Origin: an uncultured Chloroflexia bacterium
Lineage (GTDB): Bacteria > Chloroflexota > Limnocylindria > Limnocylindrales > CSP1-4
Direction of reading: 5' to 3'
Assembly: GCA_963748625.1 (NCBI GenBank)
Contig: CAVVJT010000007.1
Coordinates: forward strand, 1,216,001 to 1,280,000
Length of the DNA stretch: 64,000 bases
Both the position numbers and the translations under genes were made by a program. The notes beneath the pieces were generated by a model. That model was not told the DNA's origin, did no database searches, and worked only from the letters and a program-made list of their open reading frames with translations. Below, piece by piece: positions 62,525 to 64,000 of this stretch. The stretch's first letter is position 1. Every line of letters starts with the position of its first letter.

Positions 62525-64000
62525 TTGGGGGACTCAGGACTCAACAACCACGCAGGGCTGATCTGGTCGATCGCCGACCTGCTCCGCGGTGACTACAAGC
62601 AGTCCGAGTACGGCCGCGTCATCCTGCCGCTCGTCGTGCTGCGCCGGCTCGACTGCGTGCTCGAGCCCACCAAGGCCCAGGTCCAGAAGCGCCTGGAGAC
62701 CGCGATCGGTCGAGAACGTCGGCGTCCTGCTCCGCGCGATCACCGGGCTCGATGTCTACAACACGAGCCGCCTCACCCTGCGGACGATCCTCGCCGACCC
62801 GGCCCAGGTCGCCGGCAACCTGCGCGCCTGGATCGCGGGCTTCGACCCCGACACCCGCGACGTCATCGAGAAGTTCGACTTCGACGCCCAGATCGGGCGG
62901 CTCGACCGGGCCAAGATCCTGTACCTCGTGCTGTCGCAAGGTGACCGAGGTCGACCTCCACCCGGACACCGTCAGCAACACCGAGATGGGCTACCTCTAC
63001 GAGGAGCTCGTCCGCCGCTTCTCCGAGCTCTCCAACGAGACCGCGGGCGAGCACTTCACGCCGCGCGAGGTCATCCGCCTGATGGTGGACCTCCTGTTCA
63101 TCGAGGACGACGAGGCCCTGCGCACCCCGGGCATCGTGCGCACCCTGCTCGACCCCGCGTGCGGCACGGGCGGCATGCTCTCGGTGGCGGCCGACCACCT
63201 GCATGCGCTCAACCCGGGCGCCCACCTCGAGGCGTACGGCCAGGAGCTCAACGCCGAGACGTACGCCGTCGGCCGCTCGGACATGATGCTCAAGGGCCAG
63301 GACGGCGCGGAACATCCGCCTCGGCAACAGCTTCAGCGAGGACCAGCTTCAAGGGCGAGCGCTTCGACTACTGCCTCGCCAATCCGCCGTTCGGGGTGGA
63401 GTGGAAGAAGGTCGAGCGCGAGGTCCGCGACGAGGCCGACAAGCTCGGCTTCAAGGGCCGCTTCGGCGCCGGCACTCCCGCGCATCAACGACGGCTCGTT
63501 CCTGTTCCTCCAGCACATGATCAGCAAGCTGAAGGCACCGGCCGAGGGCGGTGGCCGCCTGGCCATCGTCTTCAACGGCTCGCCGCTGTTCACCGGCGGC
63601 GCGGGCAGCGGCGAGAGCGAGATCCGGCGCTGGATCATCGAGAACGACTGGCTCGAGGGCATCGTCGCCCTGCCCGACCAGCTCTTCTACAACACCGGCA
63701 TCAGCACCTACTTCTGGATCGTCACCAACCGCAAGCGCCCCGAGCGCCGGGGCCTTGTCCAGCTGGTGGACGCGCGCGAGCTCTTCACCAAGATGCGCAA
63801 GTCCCTGGGCGAGAAGCGCAAGGCGATCAGCGACGACCAGATCGGCGAGATCGCGCGCCTCTACGGCGACTTCACCGAGGGCGAGCGCGTCAAGATCCTG
63901 CCCAACGAGGCCTTCGGCTTCCAGCGGATCACGGTCGAGCGGCCGCTGCGCAAGCGCTACTCCGTGCCGGCCGACTTCAGGACTGTCGCGACGCAGGCAC
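62525..64000 (+). pseudogene. hsdM: Type I restriction-modification methyltransferase (HsdM), multiply frameshifted as assembled; runs off window
   Basis: [66 protein letters not shown] (63381), FNGSPLFTG, LPDQLFYNTGI; frame changes near 62705, 62937, 63305, 63345 and 63474. Confidence 0.92.

Noticed and set aside
55787-64000. Integrase or prophage structural genes
   Set aside because: No tyrosine or serine recombinase catalytic motifs and no phage structural genes within the window.

Overview
High-GC bacterial chromosomal window. Gene content and style suggest a Chloroflexota/Actinomycetota-like organism (inference only). About 1-34.6 kb is housekeeping: a truncated phosphoketolase, a Nudix hydrolase, a vapBC pair, a heat-shock operon (hsp20-hspR-lon-dnaJ-clpB), a K+ locus (metallophosphoesterase-KimA-like APC permease-USP-2xTrkA), rsmG with DnaA boxes, csoR, hpt, a liv ABC operon, an NYN protein with a ~570-aa disordered tail, holB, acylphosphatase and a GGDEF/HD-GYP protein. 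About 34.6-55.8 kb is accessory: TetR/MDR dehydrogenases, gene debris, ROK/GATase, MFS, a DesK/DesR-like pair with a predicted TauE-DUF1634-DoxD regulon, rpiB and a second, broken KimA. From 55.8 kb on is an integration hotspot. It has two tRNA-3'-end att-like repeats, each carrying a conserved short coding tail (a candidate split-integrase C-terminus), a DUF4143 ATPase, a zinc-finger/excisionase-like protein, a GNAT, a pseudo-archaemetzincin, a HEPN-like protein and a frameshifted type I R-M hsdM. No CRISPR array, rRNA or intact tRNA was seen. All assignments come from motif recognition by eye; no database searches were run.
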